Source: an uncultured Fibrobacteria bacterium (lineage in GTDB: Bacteria; Fibrobacterota; Fibrobacteria; UBA11236). From it: a stretch of DNA of 64,000 nt. Positions 21,446 to 30,937 of the stretch are shown piece after piece (position 1 is the stretch's first letter; the number at the start of each line of letters is the position of its first letter). A program made the position numbers and the translations under genes. The notes below the pieces were generated by a model. The model was given only the letters and a program-made list of their open reading frames with translations, was not told the origin of the DNA and searched no databases. The DNA lies in assembly GCA_963716395.1 (NCBI GenBank), contig OY970309.1, positions 2,624,001-2,688,000 on the forward strand, read 5' to 3'.

Positions 21446-21868
21446 ATGCTTCCGAGACCCCAAGCCGGCGCTAAGGGTTTTTCCCCATCCGTTTTTCATC
21501 GCCCCATCGCGGCGGATTTTCCCGCGTCCGCCCCGGACGACGCGAACGCGGCCCTCGACTGGCAGCACCTGCTGGCGCCGCATCCCGCGGCGACATTCAC
21601 TTTGCGGGCCGGGGGAAATTCCATGGCGCCGAGTATTCAAGACGGCGATTATTTGCTGGTGGATCGATCCCTGGCGGCGCAGCACGATGATATTGTGATC
21701 GCCGTACGCGATGGCGCGTTTACGGTGAAACGCCTGTTCCAACGCGAAGACGTGATCTCTTTGCTTCCCGACAATTCCGACTATTCTCCCCTTGACCTGA
21801 CCCTCGGGTCGGATTTCCAGATTTGGGGCGTGGTGATCCGGGTGGTGCGCGTGACGTGTAGGCGGTGA
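21446..21868 (+). CDS. umuD: UmuD-like S24 peptidase (orphan, no adjacent umuC)
   Basis: FP.SA..D, HPAATF.LRA.GNSM, DGDYLLVDRS, FTVKRL and IWGVV. Confidence 0.8.
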   Translation: MLPRPQAGAKGFSPSVFHRPIAADFPASAPDDANAALDWQHLLAPHPAATFTLRAGGNSMAPSIQDGDYLLVDRSLAAQHDDIVIAVRDGAFTVKRLFQREDVISLLPDNSDYSPLDLTLGSDFQIWGVVIRVVRVTCRR

Positions 21869-21930
21869 GGGAACGGATTACCGCAGGAGCGTTGGACACC
21901 TTGGCGCAATGACGCCGTCGCCGTGACCGA

Positions 21931-24480
21931 TCACTTCACGCCATCGACCACCATCGCGGCGCCGCCGCAATGGGCCACGTACAGACCGCGCGGCAGGCCG
22001 GAAAGGTCGAGGCGCGCGATGCCGCCGAGTTTTTCCGAAGTGCGGATCAGCCGCCCGCGCAGATCGACCAGACGGATGGTGTTTGCACCCTGGCTGAAAA
22101 GCATTTCTCCGTATCGGTACAGCGAAGGCAGGGCATGCCCGGCCGCTCGCGGCGCAATCGCATTGGTGCCCACCGGCTCTCCGTACACGATGCCGCGTCC
22201 GGCGGTGCTCATATACACCCGGCCATACACGTTCATGTCGCCCAACACGAAGTTGCCGTTGGCCGGGCCGCCGTACTGGTGCTGATCGTCGTTGACGCGC
22301 ATCCAGGTCTGGCCCTTGTCGATGGAGCGGTAGATTCCCAGCGGGCCGCCGTTGGCTTTGCCCCACATGTACAGCGCATAGTAAGCCGCCCCTGGGGCGG
22401 CCTTGCCCAAGCCGATCGACAGACAGGCATCCATGCTGGAGTCGCGCGACCAGGTTTTGCCGCCGTCGACGGAATGCGCCAGGCCGTTGGCGCTATAGCC
22501 CGAAGGCGACCAGCTTTGCACCGCATCCAACGGCACCCACAAATCGCCTGCGGCTCCCGGAGCTGCGCGCAGCAAACCCGAGCTCGCCGAAGTGAGCCCG
22601 TGGGTGTTATCGATCAACGAACCCACCTTCGCGAACGAGACGCCGCCGTTGGTGCTGCCCAGGACGTCGCCCTGGTACCCGTCGGGAATGATGTAGAAGT
22701 CGGCGGGATTGACGGGATCGGCCACCATGCGCCCGGTCTGGGTATTGAGGCCCGTCACCGCCGTCCAGGTATTGCCGCTGTCGGCGGAGCGGTAATACGT
22801 CGAGGGGCTGGCGTTCACACCGTTATGGGTGTTGGAGGGGCGCAACAGCATCACCTTGCCGTCGGCCGACAAAGCCAAATCTCCGCCCGAACCGGGCAGC
22901 GTGGCGGTATCGGTCATGGCCCAAGTTTCGCCTTGGTCCTGCGAGCGATACAGCACGTCGTAGGTGCGCGACGGGTTCACCGAATAATCGGTGACGCGGC
23001 CGCCGCGGATGAACCAGCCCGCCTGGGCCGCGTAGCCGAGCACATTATCGCTGCCGATGGTGGGCGTATGCTGGGGCGCGCTTTGCAGAATATTGGTGTA
23101 GGTCGATCCGTCGTAATCCATGAGAGCGGTGACCAGCGGCCCGCCCGGCACGCTCACCAAATCCATGGGCACGGTTTCTTCGAGGCCGTGCGCCTGGAAT
23201 TTCCACACCGGCACCACGGGGGTGATGTCATCGGTGCGGAACACCCCGTTGCCCGATCCCACCCAAGCCACCTGGGTGTTGAAGGGATCGAATTCCAACG
23301 AACCCGCCCAATGGATGGCGTTGCCGTCAATCCAGTTATTGCCGTTGGCATCAAGGTTGGGCGTGGTCGCCGATTTCGGGTTGAGGTTTTTCCAGGTGGC
23401 GCCGCCGTCTTCGGTCAGAAAAATGACGTCGCCGGCGTTGGCTTTGCCGTCGGGCCACAAATCGTTGCCGCCATAGAAGCTTTCCGTGCTCAGGATCAGC
23501 CGTAGGGGATTCTGCGGGTCGGCGGAAATCCCGCCGAAGGAATACCCATAGCCTTCGTGGCCGGTGCCGTACACGAAACCGCTGTCATCCTTGGGCGAGA
23601 TGTTGGTCCAGGCGCCGGTGGCCGTGTTCATCTTCCACACGCTGCCGCCGCTTTGGTTGAACGGCCCGGGCCCGTCGGAGTAGGTGCCGTACAAGTAACC
23701 CCCGCTGAGCGTGGCCCGCAACGCCATCTGCGCCGGGGCTCCCGCAATGGGGTTGAAGGTGGCGCCGCCGTCGTTGCTGACGTACAGGCTGGCAGCATCG
23801 TTGGCCACTCCCAGATAAATCGTTTTCGTGCCGCCGCCGGCGGTGGTGCCGCTGGAGGAATCGAACAGCACATAGGTGATGCCGTCTTGATTGACGATGT
23901 CGGTGCCCGACAGCGACACCGTGCCCGCAACCAGGCTCCAGGTTTTGCCGGTATCGGCGCTGTGGAACAGGCCCTTGGTGCGGGTGCCGCAAAAGAGTAT
24001 GGCGCTGTTATGCGGATCGACGGCCAGCTTTTCGCCCGACTGCCGTCCCATGCCATTGCCGTGCGCGAGGATTTGCGCGGTGACGTTGACGGTGTCGAAG
24101 GTGGCGCCGTAGTCGTCGGAGCGCAGAATCATGGAGAGACCGTTGCTGAAATAGGAGGTTCCGCACAGGATGTACAGGCGCTTGGAATCCCGGGGATCGA
24201 GGGCCACGGATTCGGTGCCGTACAAACCGAGGTCGGGTTGGGAAACCCAATCCATGAGCGCAATCCATTGGCCGCCGGTGGAATCCCAGCGGTAGGCGCC
24301 GCCCACGTCGGTGCGGGCATACACCAATCCCGGTTGGGTGTGGCTGGGGACGATGCCGTCTACGAAGCCGCCGCCTTCGAAAACCACATTGCCCCAGTCA
24401 TAGGATTCGGCCCGGGCCTGCTCGCATCCCCATACAAGACCCAATCCCAAGGCCGGCGCGATCCAACTCTTTAAACTCAT
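21931..24480 (-). CDS. GH74 xyloglucanase/endoglucanase with a T9SS-like C-terminal domain
   Basis: Signal peptide, GGGFVDG, YARTDVGGAYRWD, GNGMGRQSGEKLAVDP, multiple SxDxGxTW Asp-boxes, RVNDDQHQYG; C-terminus DLRGRL...LPRGLY. Confidence 0.9.
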   Translation of the reverse strand: MSLKSWIAPALGLGLVWGCEQARAESYDWGNVVFEGGGFVDGIVPSHTQPGLVYARTDVGGAYRWDSTGGQWIALMDWVSQPDLGLYGTESVALDPRDSKRLYILCGTSYFSNGLSMILRSDDYGATFDTVNVTAQILAHGNGMGRQSGEKLAVDPHNSAILFCGTRTKGLFHSADTGKTWSLVAGTVSLSGTDIVNQDGITYVLFDSSSGTTAGGGTKTIYLGVANDAASLYVSNDGGATFNPIAGAPAQMALRATLSGGYLYGTYSDGPGPFNQSGGSVWKMNTATGAWTNISPKDDSGFVYGTGHEGYGYSFGGISADPQNPLRLILSTESFYGGNDLWPDGKANAGDVIFLTEDGGATWKNLNPKSATTPNLDANGNNWIDGNAIHWAGSLEFDPFNTQVAWVGSGNGVFRTDDITPVVPVWKFQAHGLEETVPMDLVSVPGGPLVTALMDYDGSTYTNILQSAPQHTPTIGSDNVLGYAAQAGWFIRGGRVTDYSVNPSRTYDVLYRSQDQGETWAMTDTATLPGSGGDLALSADGKVMLLRPSNTHNGVNASPSTYYRSADSGNTWTAVTGLNTQTGRMVADPVNPADFYIIPDGYQGDVLGSTNGGVSFAKVGSLIDNTHGLTSASSGLLRAAPGAAGDLWVPLDAVQSWSPSGYSANGLAHSVDGGKTWSRDSSMDACLSIGLGKAAPGAAYYALYMWGKANGGPLGIYRSIDKGQTWMRVNDDQHQYGGPANGNFVLGDMNVYGRVYMSTAGRGIVYGEPVGTNAIAPRAAGHALPSLYRYGEMLFSQGANTIRLVDLRGRLIRTSEKLGGIARLDLSGLPRGLYVAHCGGAAMVVDGVK

Positions 24481-24685
24481 CCGGGTTCCTCTCCTCTGTT
24501 CACGTCGGTCTGGTGTTTGAGTTAGTGGCAAGGCGCCGGGCCGAGGTTGAAGTGAGGCGCCGGGTAAAAGTAGTCGGAGTGCGATTTTTTTTCTCAGCAG
24601 GAAAGTTGAGTCACGGATCAAGACCTTCATCCCCGTCCGGTGGCTGCGGCGGAGCGAAATTAATTCAGCCCCGGTCTGATACTCC

Positions 24686-24736
24686 GTCCGCCAAAGGCGG
24701 ACCGCCGAATAGGGGCCACGTCCGCCTGCGGCGGAC
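24686..24736. repeat. Two copies of the palindrome GTCCGCC-N3-GGCGGAC
   Basis: gtccgccaaaggcggac at 24686-24702 and gtccgcctgcggcggac at 24720-24736, downstream of the cytochrome b gene. Confidence 0.75.
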
Positions 24737-24747
24737 TGCGAGGTAGT

Positions 24748-26151
24748 TCATTTTTTCCGCGATTGCAGAAAGGCGACCAGTGCGTCCATTTCGGTGGGCG
24801 TGAGGTTTCCGGCAAAGGCCGGCATGTTCACACCGCCGTTGGAAATTCTCGCGATCAGTTGATCCTTCGACAACCGGTCTCCGACCTCGGTGAGATCCGG
24901 ACCGCGCCGTCCGCCGTCGCCGGAAATCAGGTGGCATTTCAGGCAGCCTTTGGAGGCGAACAATTGCGCCCCCATGAAGACCGGGCCGGCGCTGGCGCCG
25001 ACCACGGCGGGCGACAAGGGCGGCGCGTCGAAATTGGGCGACCACTTGGATTGCGCGCCCGCCACCCACAAGGTCGCAATCGTCACGACGACCAGCAAGA
25101 CCACGGCGATGGCCCAGGGCCGGCGGCGCGGGCTGCGTTCGCCGCGGTTGGAAACAAAGGGGAGTGCGATCAAAATCACCCCCGCCAGCATCGGGCCGAA
25201 GACCATGAAATATTTTTCGGTTCCGTGCGGCAAGAGCGCGAGCACGGCGAAATACCACAGCAGATACCAGTCCGGGCGCGGACTGGCTTCGATGATACTG
25301 GGATCGGGCGGCTTGCCCAAATGCGGCGCGCCGAAAAAAAACGCCAGCGCGGCAATGACGCCGATCAATCCCACGCACGCCACCACGTCGCGCCACGCCG
25401 CATCGGGCCAGAACGGGCGTCCGGTTTTTTCCATCAATCCTGCATACTCCCGGCGGTAGGTTTTGGGATTCACCGGTTTGCCGGGTTGCGGCGGTTCGGA
25501 AATGCCGTGGCGGAGAACCAGCCAAACATGCAGCCCGACAAAGGCGAAGATACAGGCGGGCATGATGAACACGTGCATCACGAAAAACCGCGTCAAGGTC
25601 GCGCCGCCGACGGTGTCGCCGCCCAAGGTGAAATGCGCCAGCCACCGGCCGATGAAAGGCGCGCGGCCGGCTTGCTCGGCCGCAATCACCACCGACCAGA
25701 CGGCGGTTTGATCCCAGCGCAAAAGTTGCCCGGTAAACCCCATGACCAGGGTGAACCCCAGCAGTAACACGCCGGTTTCCCAATTCAATTCGCGGGGAAA
25801 CTTGTACGACCCGAACAGATAAACCTGCGCCAGGTGCAGGCCGACCATCAGGACCATGGCCGAGGCGCCGTAATAATGCAGGCCGCGCAGAAAATGTCCG
25901 AAGGGCGCCTCGTCGTTGATGAAGTGGAGTGTCGAATACGCTTCGCCGGCCGAGGGAATGTACGAGAAGGCCAAGGCGATGCCGCTGATCACCTGCACCA
26001 TGAAAGCGCACAGGGTGGCGCTGCCGAAGACATACCACCATTTGGCATCGGGCGGCACGAGATGCTCCGCCATTTTGCCCAGGGCTGCGGGAATGCCGGT
26101 GCGGTCGTCGATCCACGCGAGCAGGCTTTTATACAAGCGGGACGGCTGCAT
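24748..26151 (-). CDS. Cytochrome b (bc complex) fused to a C-terminal cytochrome c
   Basis: LRGLHYYGAS..LHL, FTGQLLRWDQ, TLTRFF..H...H, PDWY motif and C-terminal CLKCH...MP. Confidence 0.93.
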   Translation of the reverse strand: MQPSRLYKSLLAWIDDRTGIPAALGKMAEHLVPPDAKWWYVFGSATLCAFMVQVISGIALAFSYIPSAGEAYSTLHFINDEAPFGHFLRGLHYYGASAMVLMVGLHLAQVYLFGSYKFPRELNWETGVLLLGFTLVMGFTGQLLRWDQTAVWSVVIAAEQAGRAPFIGRWLAHFTLGGDTVGGATLTRFFVMHVFIMPACIFAFVGLHVWLVLRHGISEPPQPGKPVNPKTYRREYAGLMEKTGRPFWPDAAWRDVVACVGLIGVIAALAFFFGAPHLGKPPDPSIIEASPRPDWYLLWYFAVLALLPHGTEKYFMVFGPMLAGVILIALPFVSNRGERSPRRRPWAIAVVLLVVVTIATLWVAGAQSKWSPNFDAPPLSPAVVGASAGPVFMGAQLFASKGCLKCHLISGDGGRRGPDLTEVGDRLSKDQLIARISNGGVNMPAFAGNLTPTEMDALVAFLQSRKK

Positions 26152-26153
26152 TT

Positions 26154-26903
26154 TTAGGCGATGCGAATGGGCGAGGTTTGAATCTGCACGTCCCCATGCA
26201 GGAGGCGCACGGGATAGCGCCGCAACGGCTGCGGCGGCGGACCGGCGGCTACCGTGCCGTCGGCATAATACACGCCGCCATGACAGGGACACATGAACAG
26301 ATCGGCTTCGGCCAGCCAACGCACCGGGCAACCCAGGTGGGTGCAATTGATGGAAAAGGCGACGAAGGTGTCGTCATCGACCCGGCGCAGCCAGGCCGCA
26401 TTGTGCGCGGTCACGCCCGCCCAGGGCAACGGCGACGCATCTTCGAATTTCACCTCCGTCGTGGTTCCGATGGGAAAGGCCGCGGCTTTTCCGACCGAGC
26501 GCCAGACTTCCCGCCGGCGTTCAAAGAAGGGAGCGAATATGAAACCGACCGTCGGCACCGCCAGGATCGCGGCGCCGATTCCGCCGACCGCCAGGCTGAA
26601 CTGTTCCAGAAATTTTCGCCGCGAAATTTCCGCCGTCGTCGGCGGGCAACAACCCGCGGGCTGTGCGCGGGTCGGCTTGCCTTCCCGGCGGAGATCCCGA
26701 ATCCATCCCGCCAGGGCCACGGCCATCATCACGCCGCCGACGCCGGTGATGATCGGCGAGGTGATCCATCCCCACACCAAAAAAACGATTCCCAACGCCA
26801 ACGCCGCCGGCCAAACGCCCGGTCGCGGCGGTTTTTCCTCCGGCGGCACGGTCCACCCCGAAGGCAGTTCCGGGGGCGGCGGAGAAGTGGGATCAGCGGA
26901 CAT
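26154..26903 (-). CDS. Rieske Fe-S protein with an extra N-terminal two-TM hairpin
   Basis: CTHLGC and CPCHGG, internal SRRKFL twin-arginine motif; N-terminal WPAALALG...LAGWI hairpin. Confidence 0.9.
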   Translation of the reverse strand: MSADPTSPPPPELPSGWTVPPEEKPPRPGVWPAALALGIVFLVWGWITSPIITGVGGVMMAVALAGWIRDLRREGKPTRAQPAGCCPPTTAEISRRKFLEQFSLAVGGIGAAILAVPTVGFIFAPFFERRREVWRSVGKAAAFPIGTTTEVKFEDASPLPWAGVTAHNAAWLRRVDDDTFVAFSINCTHLGCPVRWLAEADLFMCPCHGGVYYADGTVAAGPPPQPLRRYPVRLLHGDVQIQTSPIRIA

Positions 26904-27732
26904 GGGGAATTTCCATAGGCGGGTGGTGGGATGGCGGTTCGGGAAAGGGGGCCGCGTCGCGGCCGTACCAACGCGCGAGCAGGCCGAAGATGCCCGTGAG
27001 ATAAATCAGGCAGGCGGGAACCCACATCAGCAGTCCGCCCAATTGCTGATCTTTGGCCGGCGTCAATCCCCATTGATTCCGAATCAAGGGCAAGATACCG
27101 AGTCGATCCTGCGGATGCATGTAGATCGAGCAGACCGTAACGGGCGCGAAGGTGATGATGATTCCCAGCACGGTGCAGCCGAGGCAAGCGCTGAACAGAT
27201 ACAGAATTCCCGCCGGCGGGGGCAACCGTTGTTTCTGCCACGGGCCGAGAATCGGCCACCAAAATGCGATGCCCATGGCCAGCAAGGAGATGTATTGCAA
27301 ACGGTGAATCCACGAATTCGACACCGCCGCATTGCACAGCGCCGGAATATGCCAAAACCACATGCCGCCGACGCCGGAAAGCCAGGTCGCCAAAGGATGG
27401 CGTAAAATCCAGTAAACCCCTTTCCAGCGGCCGGCTTGCATGCCGTCGGGCACCGGCGTCGGCGGCAGGCCCAGCAACAGCAACGCCGGTACGATCAACA
27501 ACAGCAGCAGATGTTGCAGCATGTGCGCGCTGAACAGATACCCGTCGGCCAGGGCATCGATGGGCGAGGCCAGGGTGAGAAAGAGGAGAAGGGTTCCCGC
27601 CAACATCCAGCCGGCTCTCCGGTGAAAGCGGAAGCGGGTGTGCAGGCCATATGCCGCCAGGATGGCGGCGCAGGAGGCGAGAACCCAGGGGTTCCAACTC
27701 CAGGCGGAACTGAAAAATTGTTGCGTCGTCAT
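26893..27732 (-). CDS. ctaG: Cytochrome c oxidase assembly protein (Caa3_CtaG family)
   Basis: SPID..A..LFSAHMLQH, WFWHIPAL and DQQLGGLLMWVP. Confidence 0.88.
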   Translation of the reverse strand: MTTQQFFSSAWSWNPWVLASCAAILAAYGLHTRFRFHRRAGWMLAGTLLLFLTLASPIDALADGYLFSAHMLQHLLLLLIVPALLLLGLPPTPVPDGMQAGRWKGVYWILRHPLATWLSGVGGMWFWHIPALCNAAVSNSWIHRLQYISLLAMGIAFWWPILGPWQKQRLPPPAGILYLFSACLGCTVLGIIITFAPVTVCSIYMHPQDRLGILPLIRNQWGLTPAKDQQLGGLLMWVPACLIYLTGIFGLLARWYGRDAAPFPEPPSHHPPMEIPHVR

Positions 27733-29972
27733 AGCAGCAACCTTAGGTAAATCACGGAAAAAACCGCCACCCATACGGCATCCACGAAGTGCCAGTACAG
27801 CCCGATGGCTTTCACCGCCTCCATCCGCCCTTGTTTGAAATCACCGGCCAGGGCCAAACCCAGCAGGATGGTCAGGGCGATGATGCCGAGACTGACATGC
27901 AGGCCGTGAAAGCCGGTCAGGGTGAAAAAGGTAGTGGCGAACAAATTGGAATCGACCCGCATCCCCGCGTGGAATACGCGCCAATATTCCCGGCCTTGGC
28001 CGAACAGAAAAACGGCTCCCAGCGCGATGGTCAGCGCCAGCCAGAGGCGAAAGGCGGCCTGCCGGCGGGCCCGCAATTTTTCCTCCGCCCGCCAAATCGT
28101 GAAGCTGCTCGCCAGCAGGCACAGCGTGTAGATGCCGGTTCTCACCGCATCCAAGCTTCCGGCGGGGGTCGGCCCGGCCATGCCGCGGCTGTTGTAAAAC
28201 AGATAGGCCATGATCAGCATGAGAAAGAAAAAACCTTCGGAAATCAGAAAGCTGATCATGCCGATCTGGTATCGGTCCGGAAGACGCCCCTCGGGGGCGG
28301 AGGGCCCGCCCACGGGCGGATCGGGGTTTTCCGGATGGGCCAAATCCCACAACGGCCGCCGGCTGCGGATGGGCGGCAGGCGATCAAAATTATGCGCGGG
28401 GGGCGGCGAGGTGGTCGCCCATTCCAGCGTCCAGGCTTGCCACGGATTATCCCCGGCCGGTCGTCCCCGCCGCAGGCTCACGGCGATGTTCCACAGCAGC
28501 ACCAACACCGAAGCGCCCAGCAGAAAGGCGCCGAGGGTGGAAATGAGATTGAGCAAGCCCCAGCCCGGCAAATCGGGATAGGTGTAAATTCGCCGGGTCA
28601 TTCCCATCAAGCCCAGAAAGTGCTGCACGAAGAACGCGGTGTTGAAGCCAATCACCGCCGTCCAGAAGTTGACCTTGCCGATGCGTTCGGACAGCATCCG
28701 CCCCGTCATTTTGGGAAACCAATAATACAGTCCCGCGAAAACCGCGAAGAAGGTGCCGCCGAACAGCACATAATGGAAATGCGCCACCAGGTAATACGTG
28801 TCGGTCACCTGCCAGTCGATGGGCACCACGGCGAACGTCACGCCGCTCAAACCGCCAATCGTGAACTGGATCAAAAACGCGACGGCGAAGAGCAGGGCGG
28901 TGGTGAGCCGGATCGAGCCGCCCCACAGCGTCGCGCTCCAGGCGAAAATCTTGATGCCGGTGGGAACGGCGATCAACATGCTCGACGCGGCGAAAAACAA
29001 ATCCACCGGATGCCCCAGGCCCACGGCGAACATGTGGTGGGCCCAGACCCCGAAGCTGAGCAAGGCGATGGCCACGGTGGAGCCCGCCACGAATTCATAC
29101 CCGAAGATCGGTTTGCGCGCGAACACCGGCACCACTTCGGACAGAATGCCGAAGGCCGGCAAGGCCAGGATATAGACCTCGGGATGGCCGAAAGTCCAGA
29201 AAAAATGCTGCCACAGCAGGGCCGAACCGCCGTGGGCGGGCACGAAAAAATGGGTGCCCAGGTGGCGGTCGATGAAGAGCATGAGGATGGCCGCGTTCAG
29301 CGCGGGCATGGCCAGAATGATGAGAAACGAGTTGACGAAAATCATCCACACGAACAACGGCAGGCGCCGGAAGGTCAGACCCGGCGCGCGCAGGGTCGCG
29401 ATGGTGGCGATGAGATTGATGGAGGCGGCCACCGATCCGATGCCGAGGACCAACAGCGACAATACCCAGTAATCCACGCCCGGCGTCGAGGCGTAGGGCG
29501 CTTCGCTGAGCGGCGCATAGCTGAACCAGCCGACGGCGGGGGCGCCGCCCGCCAACAGGCTGAAATGCAGGAGCAGGCCGCCGAAGGGGAACAGCCAATA
29601 GCTGAAGGCGTTGAGGCGGGGAAAGGCCATATCGCGCGCCCCGATCATCAACGGCACCAGATAATTCGCCAGGCCGATCAGCGTCGGCATCACCACCAGG
29701 AAAATCATGGTGGTGCCGTGCAAGGTGAAAATCTGATCGTACACGTTGGGCGAAAGAAAATGATTGTCGGGTCGGGCGAGTTGCAGGCGCAGGAGCAGCG
29801 CCTCGACTCCGCCCGCCAGAAAGAAGACCAGCGCCGTCAGCAGATAGAGAATTCCGATGCGTTTGTGATCCACCGTCGCGACCCAACCGAAACGCCCGTG
29901 CCGGGCGGATTCCGTGTCCGGCGCCGCTTCGGCGGAAACATCGGCGGGAACGGTCCCGGCGGGCCCGCTCAT
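27729..29972 (-). CDS. ctaD: Cytochrome c oxidase subunit I fused to subunit III (A1-type)
   Basis: DHKRIG, HGTTM, GHPEVY, WAHHM, VAHFHY and C-terminal subunit III motifs TGFHGLHV and YWHFVDAVW. Confidence 0.95.
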   Translation of the reverse strand: MSGPAGTVPADVSAEAAPDTESARHGRFGWVATVDHKRIGILYLLTALVFFLAGGVEALLLRLQLARPDNHFLSPNVYDQIFTLHGTTMIFLVVMPTLIGLANYLVPLMIGARDMAFPRLNAFSYWLFPFGGLLLHFSLLAGGAPAVGWFSYAPLSEAPYASTPGVDYWVLSLLVLGIGSVAASINLIATIATLRAPGLTFRRLPLFVWMIFVNSFLIILAMPALNAAILMLFIDRHLGTHFFVPAHGGSALLWQHFFWTFGHPEVYILALPAFGILSEVVPVFARKPIFGYEFVAGSTVAIALLSFGVWAHHMFAVGLGHPVDLFFAASSMLIAVPTGIKIFAWSATLWGGSIRLTTALLFAVAFLIQFTIGGLSGVTFAVVPIDWQVTDTYYLVAHFHYVLFGGTFFAVFAGLYYWFPKMTGRMLSERIGKVNFWTAVIGFNTAFFVQHFLGLMGMTRRIYTYPDLPGWGLLNLISTLGAFLLGASVLVLLWNIAVSLRRGRPAGDNPWQAWTLEWATTSPPPAHNFDRLPPIRSRRPLWDLAHPENPDPPVGGPSAPEGRLPDRYQIGMISFLISEGFFFLMLIMAYLFYNSRGMAGPTPAGSLDAVRTGIYTLCLLASSFTIWRAEEKLRARRQAAFRLWLALTIALGAVFLFGQGREYWRVFHAGMRVDSNLFATTFFTLTGFHGLHVSLGIIALTILLGLALAGDFKQGRMEAVKAIGLYWHFVDAVWVAVFSVIYLRLLL

Positions 29973-30904
29973 TTGAGGGTCTCCAAATAACTTGCCAGCG
30001 CCTGCGCTTGCGCATTCGTCAGTTTCAGGTTGGGCATGAAGCAATCCGGCTTGAGGGCCTGCGGATTTTTCAGCCAACGGTACAGATCCGCTTCGGTGTT
30101 GGTCAACACCCCCGCGCCCAGAAGCGCGCGGCTCGCCAGATGCGTGAGGTCGGGCGCGGCGTCGCCCGCCACGGAAATTCCGCGCAGCGCGTGGCAGTTG
30201 GTGCAGGTCATACTCTGAAAAATTTTCAGGCCACTCCGGCCCGCCTCCGTGACCGGCAGGGCCGCGGGCTTTTCCTGTTCATGCAGCCAGGCCGTGAAGG
30301 CCTCCGGCGCTTGCGCCACGACCGTGAAGCGCATCCAGGCATGCTCCGCGCCGCAATACTCCGCGCAGATCCCGGCATAGGTCCCCGGCCGATCGGCTTG
30401 GAGCCAGATGTGATTCGGATGCCCGGGCACTACGTCCATCTTGCGCGCCAAAGCCGGCACCCAGAAATCATGAATGACATCGGCCGACTGCAAGCGCACC
30501 AGCCATTTTTTGCCGACGGGGAGGTGAATTTCATTGGCCGTGACCACCCCGTTTTGCGGGTAGCGCACTTCCCACCACCATTGATGGGCAATCACCAAAA
30601 GATCCGGCTCCCGGTCCGCGGCGGGATCGGAGCGTTGCATTCCGCGCGCCGTAAGCACCAGGAGTCCCACTACGATCAACGCCGGAACGACGGTCCACAG
30701 AATCTCCAGTCGCCGGTTTCCGAAATATTGCGGGGGCTCTTCCGCGCCCGGTCGCCGCCGGTAGCGGATCAATCCCACGCCCACGAGGGCGACGACGAAG
30801 AAGAAGATGATCCCGCATACGATCAGTACGGTGAGGAACAGCCCGGAAATCGCAGCGGCTTGCGGAGAGGCGGGAGCGAAAATGGGACTGAAGCGCGCCG
30901 GCAT
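29969..30904 (-). CDS. ctaC: Cytochrome c oxidase subunit II with a C-terminal cytochrome c (caa3 type)
   Basis: HQWWW, DVIHDFWVP, CuA motif CAEYCGAEHAWM and CTNCH. Confidence 0.95.
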   Translation of the reverse strand: MPARFSPIFAPASPQAAAISGLFLTVLIVCGIIFFFVVALVGVGLIRYRRRPGAEEPPQYFGNRRLEILWTVVPALIVVGLLVLTARGMQRSDPAADREPDLLVIAHQWWWEVRYPQNGVVTANEIHLPVGKKWLVRLQSADVIHDFWVPALARKMDVVPGHPNHIWLQADRPGTYAGICAEYCGAEHAWMRFTVVAQAPEAFTAWLHEQEKPAALPVTEAGRSGLKIFQSMTCTNCHALRGISVAGDAAPDLTHLASRALLGAGVLTNTEADLYRWLKNPQALKPDCFMPNLKLTNAQAQALASYLETLK

Positions 30905-30937
30905 GGGAGGTTCGGAAAAGCGGGGGAGAAATAACCT

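Noticed and set aside
27789-29990. Long antisense ORFs (733 aa here; also 39354-41495, 21970-23505, 120-1322)
   Set aside because: These are shadow ORFs opposite well-supported genes in GC-rich DNA and carry no recognisable motifs
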